From Candidatus Latescibacterota bacterium (lineage in GTDB: Bacteria > Latescibacterota > UBA2968 > GCA-2709665), in assembly GCA_965222075.1 (NCBI GenBank), contig OZ244937.1, positions 2,304,001 to 2,368,000 of the forward strand: 64,000 bases of DNA, read 5' to 3'. Under the pieces are notes generated by a model that was not told the origin of the DNA, searched no databases, and worked only from the letters and a program-made list of their open reading frames with translations. This document shows, piece after piece, positions 18,071 through 26,844 of this stretch (within the stretch, counting starts at the first letter, position 1; every line of letters starts with the position of its first letter). A program made the position numbers and the translations under genes.

Positions 18071-18881
18071 GGTTGTGCCAATATGGTGAACACTTTTTCT
18101 GCGTATGAGTTCAAGTAAATCAAAGGGTTACAGCCGGACGAACTTTTCTCTTTAAATTCAGCCCACCCCCTGAGTTTGAAGAAAAAGTCGCTGGTTTCAA
18201 ACAGGCTTGTATTTTAACGACTTACCATTTCCAAGCCGTTAAGAACGTACCAAAAAGTGTTCACAGTATTGTCTTGCAAAGAACCATATCAGGCGAATAC
18301 TACGTCTAAGCTCAGATGGAAAAGACCTCGATCCATGGGAAGAGAAGCGGGGATCTGGATCGACGTCACCTTAGACTTGTCGGCTCTTGCTTAATCGAAG
18401 ATCTTCTAAAGCACCCGAGGTCACCTGCCCTCACCAGCAGAACAGGTTCACTTTCTCTTCCAGCGGTCGGAACTACCCGGCGGCTATCCCCCTTTTTTTC
18501 AGATTCTCCAGACGTTAACAACCCCAACCAAACGCTTACTCATCTCAGGTGTCTTCATGCGGTTCCCAGAGCGAGGTCTGTACGTCACAACATCGTGTAG
18601 CCCTCTCTCTACACTCACGCGTTTGGTAGATCCCCAAAGAGATACGGGCGGCATGGAGGTCACCGATGGCTTTATTCGGATAGACCTGACCCGGGGGAGG
18701 TAGACACGTTTCTCTGCGGTCAGCCATAGGATTATTGGGGGAGATAATGCTATGACCTGCACCGATATAACAAGAGAACACAGTTTCCCCTCTGATGCAT
18801 TCCAGTTCTAATCCGAATACCCGGCCTTCACGTACCTCCATCCGCCCTCTTTTTCTCCAGCGGCCCTCCGGGCCGCTTTTT
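18071..18881 (+). ncRNA. Candidate large, highly structured non-coding RNA (core about 18304-18881; family not recognised)
   Basis: Bounded by a promoter and a plus-strand terminator, with no convincing ORF. Many 7-14 bp complementary segments, including long-range and pseudoknot pairings; G-U pairs favour the plus strand. Confidence 0.65.
18859..18881 (+). terminator. Intrinsic terminator, plus strand
   Basis: AGCGGCCC-TCC-GGGCCGCT followed by TTTT. Confidence 0.7.
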
Positions 18882-18891
18882 CTATACCCAT

Positions 18892-18917
18892 AAAAAAACC
18901 GGCCACAAAAGCCGGTT
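18892..18917 (-). terminator. Intrinsic terminator of comEC
   Basis: AACCGGC/GCCGGTT stem with an A7 run on the plus strand (U-tract on minus), 20 bp past the comEC stop. Confidence 0.7.
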
Positions 18918-18936
18918 CTCACGCTCAAGCAGAAAA

Positions 18937-21324
18937 TTACCGCCTCGTGAGCCATCCCTCTGCCCGCATCTCTTCTCCGTCGATCACGATCTGAATCGCC
19001 CCCACTTTGTCCGTCCGGAAGATTGTAAGCCCCATCTGCTCGTATCGGCGGATCACCTCGGGGGCAGGATGTCTGAATTTGTTGTCCACACCGCATGAAA
19101 CGGTTACCAGTTGGGGGCGCACAGCCGCTAAGAAGGCCGCTGTTGAGGAGGTGCGCGATCCGTGGTGGGCCGCCTTCAGCACCTCCGCCCGGAGCCGCTC
19201 TTCCCACCTCAGCAAATCCCGGTCGGTCTCGTGTTCGATATCTCCAGTCAAAAGAACCGCCTTCCCCCCAAAGGTAATCCGCAACACCACCGACCCGTTG
19301 TTCAGCCCGTGCGGGGCCTCCCCATCCATTGAGACATAAGCAGGCGTGGGATGGAGCACCAGCGCCCCTGCTCCCCCCAGGCCAACCAGGCTGTCCCCTG
19401 CGGCCACCGCCTGATATGCAATGCCCCGCTCCCGGATCAACGTCCGAATCCGCCGGGCGGTCCACGACCCATAGGTCTGTCCCCCATCCAGGTAGTGCCC
19501 CACCTCGAACCGCTCCAAAAGCGTCACCAGTCCTCCGATGTGGTCGCTGTGTGGATGAGACGCCACGACAATGTCGATTCGTCGGATGCCGCGTTCCCTC
19601 AGAAACGGCACCAGCACCCGTTCCCCCACATCGATCCCCACCGTCCGCAAGCCCCCATCAACCATCATCGTCCGCCCGTTGGGGAACCTCAGGAAAACCC
19701 CATCCCCCTGGCCCACATCCAGCACCACGACCTCTAAGCCGGAAGGCCTCTGAAAAATACCGCTCCAAACCCACAGGTTGGCCAGTCCCAGACAGCAGAA
19801 GACCAGATATCGCCCGGCAGTTTGCCGACGTACCTCCGGCACAATCAACATCAGCAAACAGAAGTAGAGGCCGGTGCCAACCCACGCCGGCTTCGGCACC
19901 TCCACAAAGGCCCAGGTCGGCCTGGACAGGAGGTCTGCCGCACCGATCGCTCCCTTCAAAACAGCCCAGTTCGCCCCGTTAAACAGCGTGGCGATCGGCT
20001 CTAAGAAAACCGAATAACAGAGGACCGAAAGCAACCCCAGCGCAACAGCGGCTCCCATCAGCGGCACAACGATCAGATTGGCCAGAAGTGAAATGGACGC
20101 TAAGTGTCCAAAGTAGGTGGCCACAAACGGCGCCGTCCCCGCCTGCGCCGCCAGAGAGACCGCTAAGGGCGTACAGATCCACTTCCCCCACAGCCCCCTG
20201 TCACTGCCCGGCATCCACGCCCGTATCGGTCTGTAAAAAAGGAGAATCGCCCCGGTCGCTGCAAAAGAGAGCTGAAACCCCACATCGAACAGATCCTGCG
20301 GCCGAACGGCCAGCAGCACCAACCCCGCGGTTCCCAGCGTATTCAACCCCTCTCCCTCCCGGTCCCCCAGCGTCCCCAAAATGGCGATAGACCCCATCGT
20401 CGACGCCCGAATGACCGAAGGCGGCAATCCCGTCACCAGCGCATACATCAACAGCGCCCCCACCGTGGTCAGGCTGGTGCCCCGCCGACCGATCCCCAGA
20501 GTCCGCAAACCAAAGAAAACCGACGCGGCAATCAGGCCCACGTGCAGCCCCGAAACGGCAAGGACGTGGTTTACCCCAGACCGTGTAAACGCCTCTCGAA
20601 CCTCTTCCGGAATGCCCCGTTTCTCCCCCAGCAACACCCCCTTTAAAAGCCCCGCCGGCCCGCCCGAAAGGTTCAGGTCAACCGCCCGACGCACGGCCCG
20701 GCGAACCGGTAACACCACCCCCTTCCAAAACCCGTTCCCTCCCCCCCGCACCACCTCCAGAATCTGCTCTGGATGCCGCACCCTGCCCATCCCGTAAATC
20801 CCCTTTCGTTTCAAATAGTCCCGATAGTCGAACGCTCCGGGGTTCCGGGCCGGGGAGGGCCGCCGAAGCCGAAGCCGCAGGCGTACCCAATCTCCATAAT
20901 CCAGCTTTGGATTCACCTTTCGGAAACGGATCAACGCCTCCCCACAACTCGCAAAAACCGAATCGCCCACAACCACCTGCTCAACCGACAGCAGGACCCT
21001 CAGATCCTCCCGAACCCACTCCGGCTCCCCGGCAACGGCGCCCGCCACCTCGACGTTGCCTTCCCGCCCGGTAAACCGTATGAGGTGATGCACCGGTAAC
21101 CTCTGGGTGACGATCTCGTAACGCATCGTCCCCAGCACGCAAAACAAACATCCCAACAGCTCCCCCATTCGTCGATGCCCCCATCCCCCCCAAATGCCCA
21201 TCACAGCAACCAGAAAAAGCATCCCGGCACCCCCCAGGAGCAGTTCCGCCGGAAGGCTCCACCGGTGCCCGATGAGCACCCCTGTCGCAAAGTACACCGC
21301 CGCTGCCAGAGCCGGACGCCGCAT
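18937..21324 (-). CDS. comEC: DNA internalisation competence protein ComEC/Rec2
   Basis: RNPGAFDY, GVNHVLAVSGLHVG, GFQLSF, LDVGQGD, SHPHSDHIGG and HHGS motifs; ATG 21324 has a GAAGGGGAG Shine-Dalgarno. Confidence 0.95.
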   Translation of the reverse strand: MRRPALAAAVYFATGVLIGHRWSLPAELLLGGAGMLFLVAVMGIWGGWGHRRMGELLGCLFCVLGTMRYEIVTQRLPVHHLIRFTGREGNVEVAGAVAGEPEWVREDLRVLLSVEQVVVGDSVFASCGEALIRFRKVNPKLDYGDWVRLRLRLRRPSPARNPGAFDYRDYLKRKGIYGMGRVRHPEQILEVVRGGGNGFWKGVVLPVRRAVRRAVDLNLSGGPAGLLKGVLLGEKRGIPEEVREAFTRSGVNHVLAVSGLHVGLIAASVFFGLRTLGIGRRGTSLTTVGALLMYALVTGLPPSVIRASTMGSIAILGTLGDREGEGLNTLGTAGLVLLAVRPQDLFDVGFQLSFAATGAILLFYRPIRAWMPGSDRGLWGKWICTPLAVSLAAQAGTAPFVATYFGHLASISLLANLIVVPLMGAAVALGLLSVLCYSVFLEPIATLFNGANWAVLKGAIGAADLLSRPTWAFVEVPKPAWVGTGLYFCLLMLIVPEVRRQTAGRYLVFCCLGLANLWVWSGIFQRPSGLEVVVLDVGQGDGVFLRFPNGRTMMVDGGLRTVGIDVGERVLVPFLRERGIRRIDIVVASHPHSDHIGGLVTLLERFEVGHYLDGGQTYGSWTARRIRTLIRERGIAYQAVAAGDSLVGLGGAGALVLHPTPAYVSMDGEAPHGLNNGSVVLRITFGGKAVLLTGDIEHETDRDLLRWEERLRAEVLKAAHHGSRTSSTAAFLAAVRPQLVTVSCGVDNKFRHPAPEVIRRYEQMGLTIFRTDKVGAIQIVIDGEEMRAEGWLTRR

Positions 21325-21567
21325 GACCACTCCCCTTCTTCCCATCCCCACCCCAGGTGCGAGTTGTGAGCAGCAAGTTCAAGTTGAATGCGGTGGGATG
21401 GGGTGGGGTGGGATGGGATACGCGTAACTCCTCACTCGCTGCAATCCCGTGCAATTTCCATACCGTCCTCCTAAAGCCTCAAAAATGGCCTCCAGATCCT
21501 CTCAGAGGAGAACATTCCGTTCACTTCACAGAACGGATCTTTCACCGTCCACCCTCCCAATATTTGT

Positions 21568-21596
21568 TTGACAATAGATACATGAGATGGTATATT
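21568..21596 (+). promoter_or_regulatory. Sigma70-type promoter TTGACA-17-TATATT with extended -10 TG
   Basis: Near-consensus match upstream of the ecfT remnant and truA operon. Confidence 0.7.
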
Positions 21597-21652
21597 CTCA
21601 AAGCTCAACTGGTTGCTTTTCAGGGAGGTTAGAAGGTTATAGGCTCTGTAAC

Positions 21653-22010
21653 TTGCCAATTTTAAAGGACATCCCTCCGGGGCGGTACATCCCGGGAAAA
21701 TCACCGCTTCACCGTCTGGATACCCGGGTCAAAATTGTAGGTGCCGCAGCCTTTATGGGGTGCTATTCGGGTGCGGCGCTGGCCGGTTTTCTCACCCTGT
21801 TGAGCCTGCTTGGCAGATCCTGCGGATTTGCAGCTCCTGGTGGGCAACCTGAAGCCGCTTGTGCCCCTCCTCACTTCTCACCCTTGGGCTCAACGCCCTC
21901 ATAACGCCGGGAACGGCGGCTTACCTCCTGGGCCTGGATGAACGGACCTGGGAAGGCATCGACTATGCCGCGCTGATCGCCACGCCCCTGGCCGCCGGCC
22001 TGATCCTGAG
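21653..22010 (+). pseudogene. ecfT: Degraded energy-coupling factor transporter T component (EcfT/CbiQ)
   Basis: LKDIPPGRYIPGKSPLHRLDTRVKI matches the EcfT N-terminus; LLVGNLKPLVPLL and LNALITPG continue in shifted frames; it precedes truA as in known ecfT-truA synteny. Confidence 0.7.
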
Positions 22011-22036
22011 TGCGGGCCGTTTCTGATTCCACCGGT

Positions 22037-22786
22037 ATGCAACGCAACATTCGGCTTATTCTGGAATACGACGGCACAGATTTCAAGGGCTGGCAGGTAC
22101 AGCCCGACCAGCGCACGGTTCAGGGGGAACTTGAAGCCTGTCTTCACCGCCTTTTTGGAACGCCCATTCGTACAATTGCCGCTGGCCGCACCGATACGGG
22201 CGTTCACGCCCTGGGGCAGGTGGCCAACTTTATAACCGTCAATCCCCTCAGCGTTGAGCATATTCAGAATGCCCTCAACAGCATGCTCCCTGCAGATAGT
22301 GCGGTGCGCCATGCCAATGAGGTTCCCCTAAGATTTCACGCCCGTCGGGATGCCAGACGGCGAGAGTACGTTTATCGGATTGAATACGGACGCCGTGCAA
22401 TAGGTCGTCAATATGCCCTGTGCATCCGCTCTCGGCTCGATCTTGAGGCCATGCAGGATGCCGCTGCCAGGCTGCTTGGCCACCACGACTTCACCTCGTT
22501 CTGTGTGGCCGCCTCCGAACGGGAAAACCGGGCGTGTCACCTCTTTGAATCTACCTGGCAGCAGTCGGGAGATGGTGTCCATTTCCACATTGCGGCCAAT
22601 CGCTTCTTGCGGGCGATGGTCCGCAGCATCGTTGGCACCCTGATCCAGGTGGGCAGGGGAGGCCGGTCTGCCGATGATATCACAAAAATCCTGGAGGCCC
22701 GGGACAGACGGTGCGCAGGACCGTCTGCGCCTCCCCACGGCCTCTTCCTGAAGCGGGTCACCTATGAGGACCTGCCAGGAGGGTAG
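22037..22786 (+). CDS. truA: tRNA pseudouridine(38-40) synthase
   Basis: EYDGTDFKGWQ, AGRTDTGVHA, FHAR, HDFTSF, FLRAMVR and APPHGLFL motifs. Confidence 0.96.
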   Translation: MQRNIRLILEYDGTDFKGWQVQPDQRTVQGELEACLHRLFGTPIRTIAAGRTDTGVHALGQVANFITVNPLSVEHIQNALNSMLPADSAVRHANEVPLRFHARRDARRREYVYRIEYGRRAIGRQYALCIRSRLDLEAMQDAAARLLGHHDFTSFCVAASERENRACHLFESTWQQSGDGVHFHIAANRFLRAMVRSIVGTLIQVGRGGRSADDITKILEARDRRCAGPSAPPHGLFLKRVTYEDLPGG

Positions 22787-22792
22787 ATCGCT

Positions 22793-23932
22793 GTGCTGCG
22801 CTTCCTGCCGGTCTTTCTCTCGGGCATCTTCCTTGGCATCGTCATCTATTCGGTGGTCTGGAATTGGACGGGCGGTCCGGAACCGTCGCCGCTGTTGACG
22901 GTCACGGCAGACGACATCGCCCCATCCCGGCGCAACGCCATCGTTCGGGCCGTGGAGAAGGTTTCACCGGCGGTCGTCGGCGTTCATACAACCTTTTTAA
23001 AAGAATACCAGGGATATTATCGGGACCCGTTCTGGAGTTTCTTCTACTATCCCGGCATCGTCCAGGAAAAGACCCCCGGCCTCGGTTCCGGATTTGTCAT
23101 CCGCAGCGACGGTCATATCCTCACCAACCATCACGTGGTGAAGGGCGCCCGGGAGATCTCCATCGTCTTCCCGGATGGCCGACGGTTCAACGTGACAGAT
23201 ATCAGGAACAACGTCCTGATCGACTGGGAAACGGACCTGGCCGTTATTCACATAGACGCTGACGGGCTGCCAGTTGTAGACCTGGGAAATGCCGATGATG
23301 CGATCATCGGCGAATGGGCTATTTCCATTGGAAACCCCTTTGGACTGGAGATTGAGGACCCCAAACCGACGGTCACGGTCGGTGTGATAAGCGCTATAGG
23401 ACGCAACTTCCAATCCGAGGCTGATGGACGTGTCTACCAGGACATGATCCAGACCGATGCGTCCATCAATCCGGGCAATAGCGGGGGGCCGCTCGTCAAC
23501 AGCCTCGGGGAAGTCATTGGCGTCAACACCTTTATCTTTTCCAAAAGCGGTGGCTCCCTCGGCATCGGATTCGCCATCCCGATCTACCGTGCGGTGGAAG
23601 TCGTCCGGCGGCTCATTGAGGGAGGCGATTTTTGGACGGGGTTCGTTCTCCACCCCAAACTTACCCCGTGGGTGGCGGGCGCGATTGGTCTGGCCACCTA
23701 TGAAGGGGCGCTTATTACCCGCGTGGAAGACAACAGCCCGGCAGCCCGTGCAAAACTCAATCCGGGCGACCTCATTATAAGGATAAATGACCGTCAGGTA
23801 AAAAGCAGGAACGACGCCGAAGAGGCCTTTCGTGAAGGGCGGATAGGCGAGGTCTTCTCCCTGCGGATCCTCCGGGGGCGGCGGCGCTTAAAAACCGAAC
23901 TGGTCCTTGAACAGGCCCCTTTAAATCGGTAG
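22793..23932 (+). CDS. HtrA/DegP-family serine protease with one PDZ domain
   Basis: N-terminal TM; TNHHVV, DLAV and INPGNSGGPL triad motifs; C-terminal PDZ. Confidence 0.93.
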   Translation: MLRFLPVFLSGIFLGIVIYSVVWNWTGGPEPSPLLTVTADDIAPSRRNAIVRAVEKVSPAVVGVHTTFLKEYQGYYRDPFWSFFYYPGIVQEKTPGLGSGFVIRSDGHILTNHHVVKGAREISIVFPDGRRFNVTDIRNNVLIDWETDLAVIHIDADGLPVVDLGNADDAIIGEWAISIGNPFGLEIEDPKPTVTVGVISAIGRNFQSEADGRVYQDMIQTDASINPGNSGGPLVNSLGEVIGVNTFIFSKSGGSLGIGFAIPIYRAVEVVRRLIEGGDFWTGFVLHPKLTPWVAGAIGLATYEGALITRVEDNSPAARAKLNPGDLIIRINDRQVKSRNDAEEAFREGRIGEVFSLRILRGRRRLKTELVLEQAPLNR

Positions 23933-24005
23933 CTGCAAGAACTTTTCCAGCGAACCACAGCTTGCTTTCCACATTCAGTAAAACCGTTATCGGAGCGATT
24001 CCGTC

Positions 24006-24728
24006 ATGAGAACACGATCTGCATTGCCCAGCCTGTTCACCGTAGGCAACCTCTTCTGTGGCTTCCTCTCGATCTTCTATGCCACTCAGGGGCGCCTGGT
24101 GCCGGCTGCCTGGCTCATCGTCATTGCCGGTTTCTTAGATGCTTTCGACGGAAAAATCGCCCGCCTCATCAACGTTCCCAGCCAGTTCGGGATGCACTTC
24201 GACTCGCTCGCCGACATCTGTTCTTTCGGCGTGGCGCCTGCGGTGCTGATGTTCCAGTATTACCAGGACCTCATGCTGGTCCTCTGGCTCCCCTTTGCGG
24301 CCTGTTTCCTCTTCCTCCTGTGTGGAACGCTGCGCCTGGCGCGGTTTAACACGCAGCACAAGGGGCCCGAAAAGGAAGACTTCTCGGGCCTGCCCATTCC
24401 TTCCTCGGCCGCAACGCTTGCCGCCTATATCATTTTTACCCAGCGCGTCTGGGAGAGTACCCGCGAGCCCCAAATCGCCATCTCCCTGTGCGCGATGCTC
24501 TCCTTCTTAATGATCAGCCCGTTCGAATACCCGGCCTTCCCCAGATTCACGTTTGACACAAATAAGGACCGTGTGAGGCTGGCCCTCTCCTTTGCAGCGC
24601 TGCTCCTGGTGGTCATTTATACGGAGGAGGCCTTCTTCCCCATTGTCCTTGCCTTTTCAGTCTCCGGCGCTGCTCGCTGGCTGTTCAACCTGATCACCGA
24701 TCGGGAAGTAGCCGACATCCGAAACTAA
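24006..24728 (+). CDS. pssA: CDP-diacylglycerol--serine O-phosphatidyltransferase
   Basis: DAFDGKIAR...G..FDSLADICSFGVAP, RLARFN and FSGLPIP motifs. Confidence 0.9.
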   Translation: MRTRSALPSLFTVGNLFCGFLSIFYATQGRLVPAAWLIVIAGFLDAFDGKIARLINVPSQFGMHFDSLADICSFGVAPAVLMFQYYQDLMLVLWLPFAACFLFLLCGTLRLARFNTQHKGPEKEDFSGLPIPSSAATLAAYIIFTQRVWESTREPQIAISLCAMLSFLMISPFEYPAFPRFTFDTNKDRVRLALSFAALLLVVIYTEEAFFPIVLAFSVSGAARWLFNLITDREVADIRN

Positions 24729-24753
24729 CGTTCAAACCGGAAGAAGGCGGACT

Positions 24754-25035
24754 ATGGGAAAAAGGAGCATCGGCTTCCTGATTGTTGCAACCTTTGTTGG
24801 CATCCTAACTGGAAATATTGTAGGCGAGGTCCTAAATGTGATCTTTGGAAGCCTGGGCCTCCAGGACAACGTGGTTCAGAAAGTCCTGGTGGATCCCCTT
24901 GTAAAATACGAGTTCCTTCCCCTTCAGCTCAACTTGATCGTGATGACGCTTACCTTTGGATTTTCCCTCAATTTCAACGTCATCAGTCTCCTGGGTATCG
25001 GCACGGCGTGGTACTATGTGAAGTATTCGTATTGA
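24754..25035 (+). CDS. Small membrane protein, DUF4321-like
   Basis: Two hydrophobic segments; G..VGEVL and FGFSLNFNVISLLG pattern. Confidence 0.6.
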   Translation: MGKRSIGFLIVATFVGILTGNIVGEVLNVIFGSLGLQDNVVQKVLVDPLVKYEFLPLQLNLIVMTLTFGFSLNFNVISLLGIGTAWYYVKYSY

Positions 25036-25117
25036 TCTGTATTTTTACCTTCAGGTCCTCTCTGGAGAATACAGGGAATCGTTGGGTGAATGTCTTGCCC
25101 TGAAGGAGGTGAACCAG

Positions 25118-25384
25118 ATGTTTCAAGGAATCGGACCCTGGGAAATTCTTCTGATCTTCCTGGCTTTACTGCTTATGTTTGGGGCCAAACGGATTCCGGA
25201 AATCGCCAGAGGTCTGGGCAAGGGAGTCACGGAATTCAAAAACGCGCTTCAGGATGTCAAAAGCGGGATCGAAGCCACCCCCGAAGACTCGCCGGAGTCT
25301 CCTCCACCTGGCCAAACGGCATCCAGCTCCACACCGTCCAATTCGGCATCCAATGTGGAAACAACGGAAAATCGTAAAGGGTGA
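25118..25384 (+). CDS. tatA: Twin-arginine translocase TatA/E subunit
   Basis: [10 protein letters not shown]...[21 protein letters not shown]; AAGGAGGTGA Shine-Dalgarno before ATG 25118. Confidence 0.93.
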   Translation: MFQGIGPWEILLIFLALLLMFGAKRIPEIARGLGKGVTEFKNALQDVKSGIEATPEDSPESPPPGQTASSSTPSNSASNVETTENRKG

Positions 25385-26844
25385 TGGCAGGTTTCATGAG
25401 GCGCTTGAACGAACGGTCTGCCCACGAACTGATGGGTGGAATCAAAGCAGGGGAAATTACAGCCCGGCAGGTGACCGAGGCCGTTTTTGAGCGTATTCAG
25501 GAACACGATTCAAACATCAATGCCTATATTACCCTGAACGAACCGGGCGCCCTGCAAAAAGCCGATGAGATCGACCGCAAGATTGCCGCCGGGAAGCCCC
25601 TGGGTTCCCTGGCCGGAATACCGGTAGCTCTGAAAGACCTCCTCTGCACCCGGGGTCTCCGCACCACCTGCGCCTCCCGCATTCTGGACACCTTCATCCC
25701 CCCCTACGACGCCACCGCCGTTGCCCGCCTGCGCCAGTCCGACGCCATCCTGATAGGCAAACTCAACATGGACGAGTTTGCCATGGGCTCTTCCAACGAA
25801 AATTCCGCCTACGGTCCTGCCCGCAACCCGCACGACCCCGAACGGGTTACCGGAGGATCCAGCGGGGGATCTGCCGCCGCCGTGGCCGCCGGTGAAACCG
25901 TCCTGGCCCTTGGCTCCGATACGGGGGGCTCCATTCGCCTGCCCGCCTCTTTCTGCGGTGTGGTAGGCCTCAAACCCACCTACGGCCGCGTCTCCCGCTA
26001 CGGTCTGGTCGCCTACGCCTCCTCTCTCGACCAGATCGGCCCCCTGGCTCGAAACGTCCGGGACGCCGCCCTGCTTTTGCACGTCATCGCCGGACACGAC
26101 CCCAACGACTCCACATCCGCCGACCTCCCTGTACCGGACTACGCCGCCTCCCTTGAAACCGGCGTGGAGGGCCTTACCGTCGGCATCCCCGGTGAATACT
26201 TTGCAGAAGGGCTCGACCCTGAAGTTCGAGAAGCCGTTATGCAGGGCGTTGGCCTCCTTGAAAACGCGGGTGCCCGGATTCGGGAGGTCTCTCTCCCCGT
26301 GGCGGGCCATCCCGCCTACACCATTGCATCTTACTACATCATCGCCACGGGTGAGGCCTCGTCCAACCTCGCCCGGTACGATGGCGTCAAATACGGCCTC
26401 CGGGTCGAAGCAGACGACCTGATCGACATGTACTGCAAGACCCGCAGCAGGGGATTCGGCGCCGAGGTCAAGCGCCGGATCATGCTGGGCACCTACGTCC
26501 TCAGCGCAGGCTACTACGACGCCTACTACCTCAAGGCCCAGCGGGCGCGCACCCTCATCAAAGCGGACTTCGACCGCGCCTTTGAAACCTGCGACCTGCT
26601 GGCCGCGCCCGTTTCGCCCACCCCGGCCTTCAAGATTGGAGAAAAAATCGGCGATCCCCTGCAGATGTACCTCTCAGACATCTATACTGTTTCTGTAAAC
26701 CTCGCCGGCATCCCGGGCATCTCCCTACCCTGCGGCGCCTCTTCAGACGGGCTCCCCATTGGCCTGCAGCTCCTCGGCCGGGCCTTCGAGGAACAGACCC
26801 TGTTGCGCGCTGGCTACGTTGTAGAACAGGGACAGGTCCCATGA
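25384..26844 (+). CDS. gatA: Asp/Glu-tRNA amidotransferase subunit A
   Basis: [39 protein letters not shown] and [22 protein letters not shown] motifs. Confidence 0.97.
   Translation: MAGFMRRLNERSAHELMGGIKAGEITARQVTEAVFERIQEHDSNINAYITLNEPGALQKADEIDRKIAAGKPLGSLAGIPVALKDLLCTRGLRTTCASRILDTFIPPYDATAVARLRQSDAILIGKLNMDEFAMGSSNENSAYGPARNPHDPERVTGGSSGGSAAAVAAGETVLALGSDTGGSIRLPASFCGVVGLKPTYGRVSRYGLVAYASSLDQIGPLARNVRDAALLLHVIAGHDPNDSTSADLPVPDYAASLETGVEGLTVGIPGEYFAEGLDPEVREAVMQGVGLLENAGARIREVSLPVAGHPAYTIASYYIIATGEASSNLARYDGVKYGLRVEADDLIDMYCKTRSRGFGAEVKRRIMLGTYVLSAGYYDAYYLKAQRARTLIKADFDRAFETCDLLAAPVSPTPAFKIGEKIGDPLQMYLSDIYTVSVNLAGIPGISLPCGASSDGLPIGLQLLGRAFEEQTLLRAGYVVEQGQVP

Noticed and set aside
17740-18300. 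Replication origin
   Set aside because: Only one consensus DnaA box (TTATGCACA, 18009-17), no dnaA/dnaN nearby, and no skew change at this point.
18462-18499. Internal terminator splitting the large RNA
   Set aside because: The hairpin is separated from the T7 run by ATCCCCC and long-range pairings span it; not fully excluded without 3'-end data.
18316-18762. ORFs 18316-18600 (+) and 18499-18762 (-)
   Set aside because: No recognisable motifs, atypical codon usage, weak ribosome-binding sites, and overlap with dense base-pairing.
18071-18881. tmRNA, RNase P RNA or group I/II intron as the identity of the structured region
   Set aside because: No tRNA-like GGGG...CCA ends with a T-loop, no GAGGAAAGUCC P4 motif, and no GUGCG start or domain V seen on either strand.
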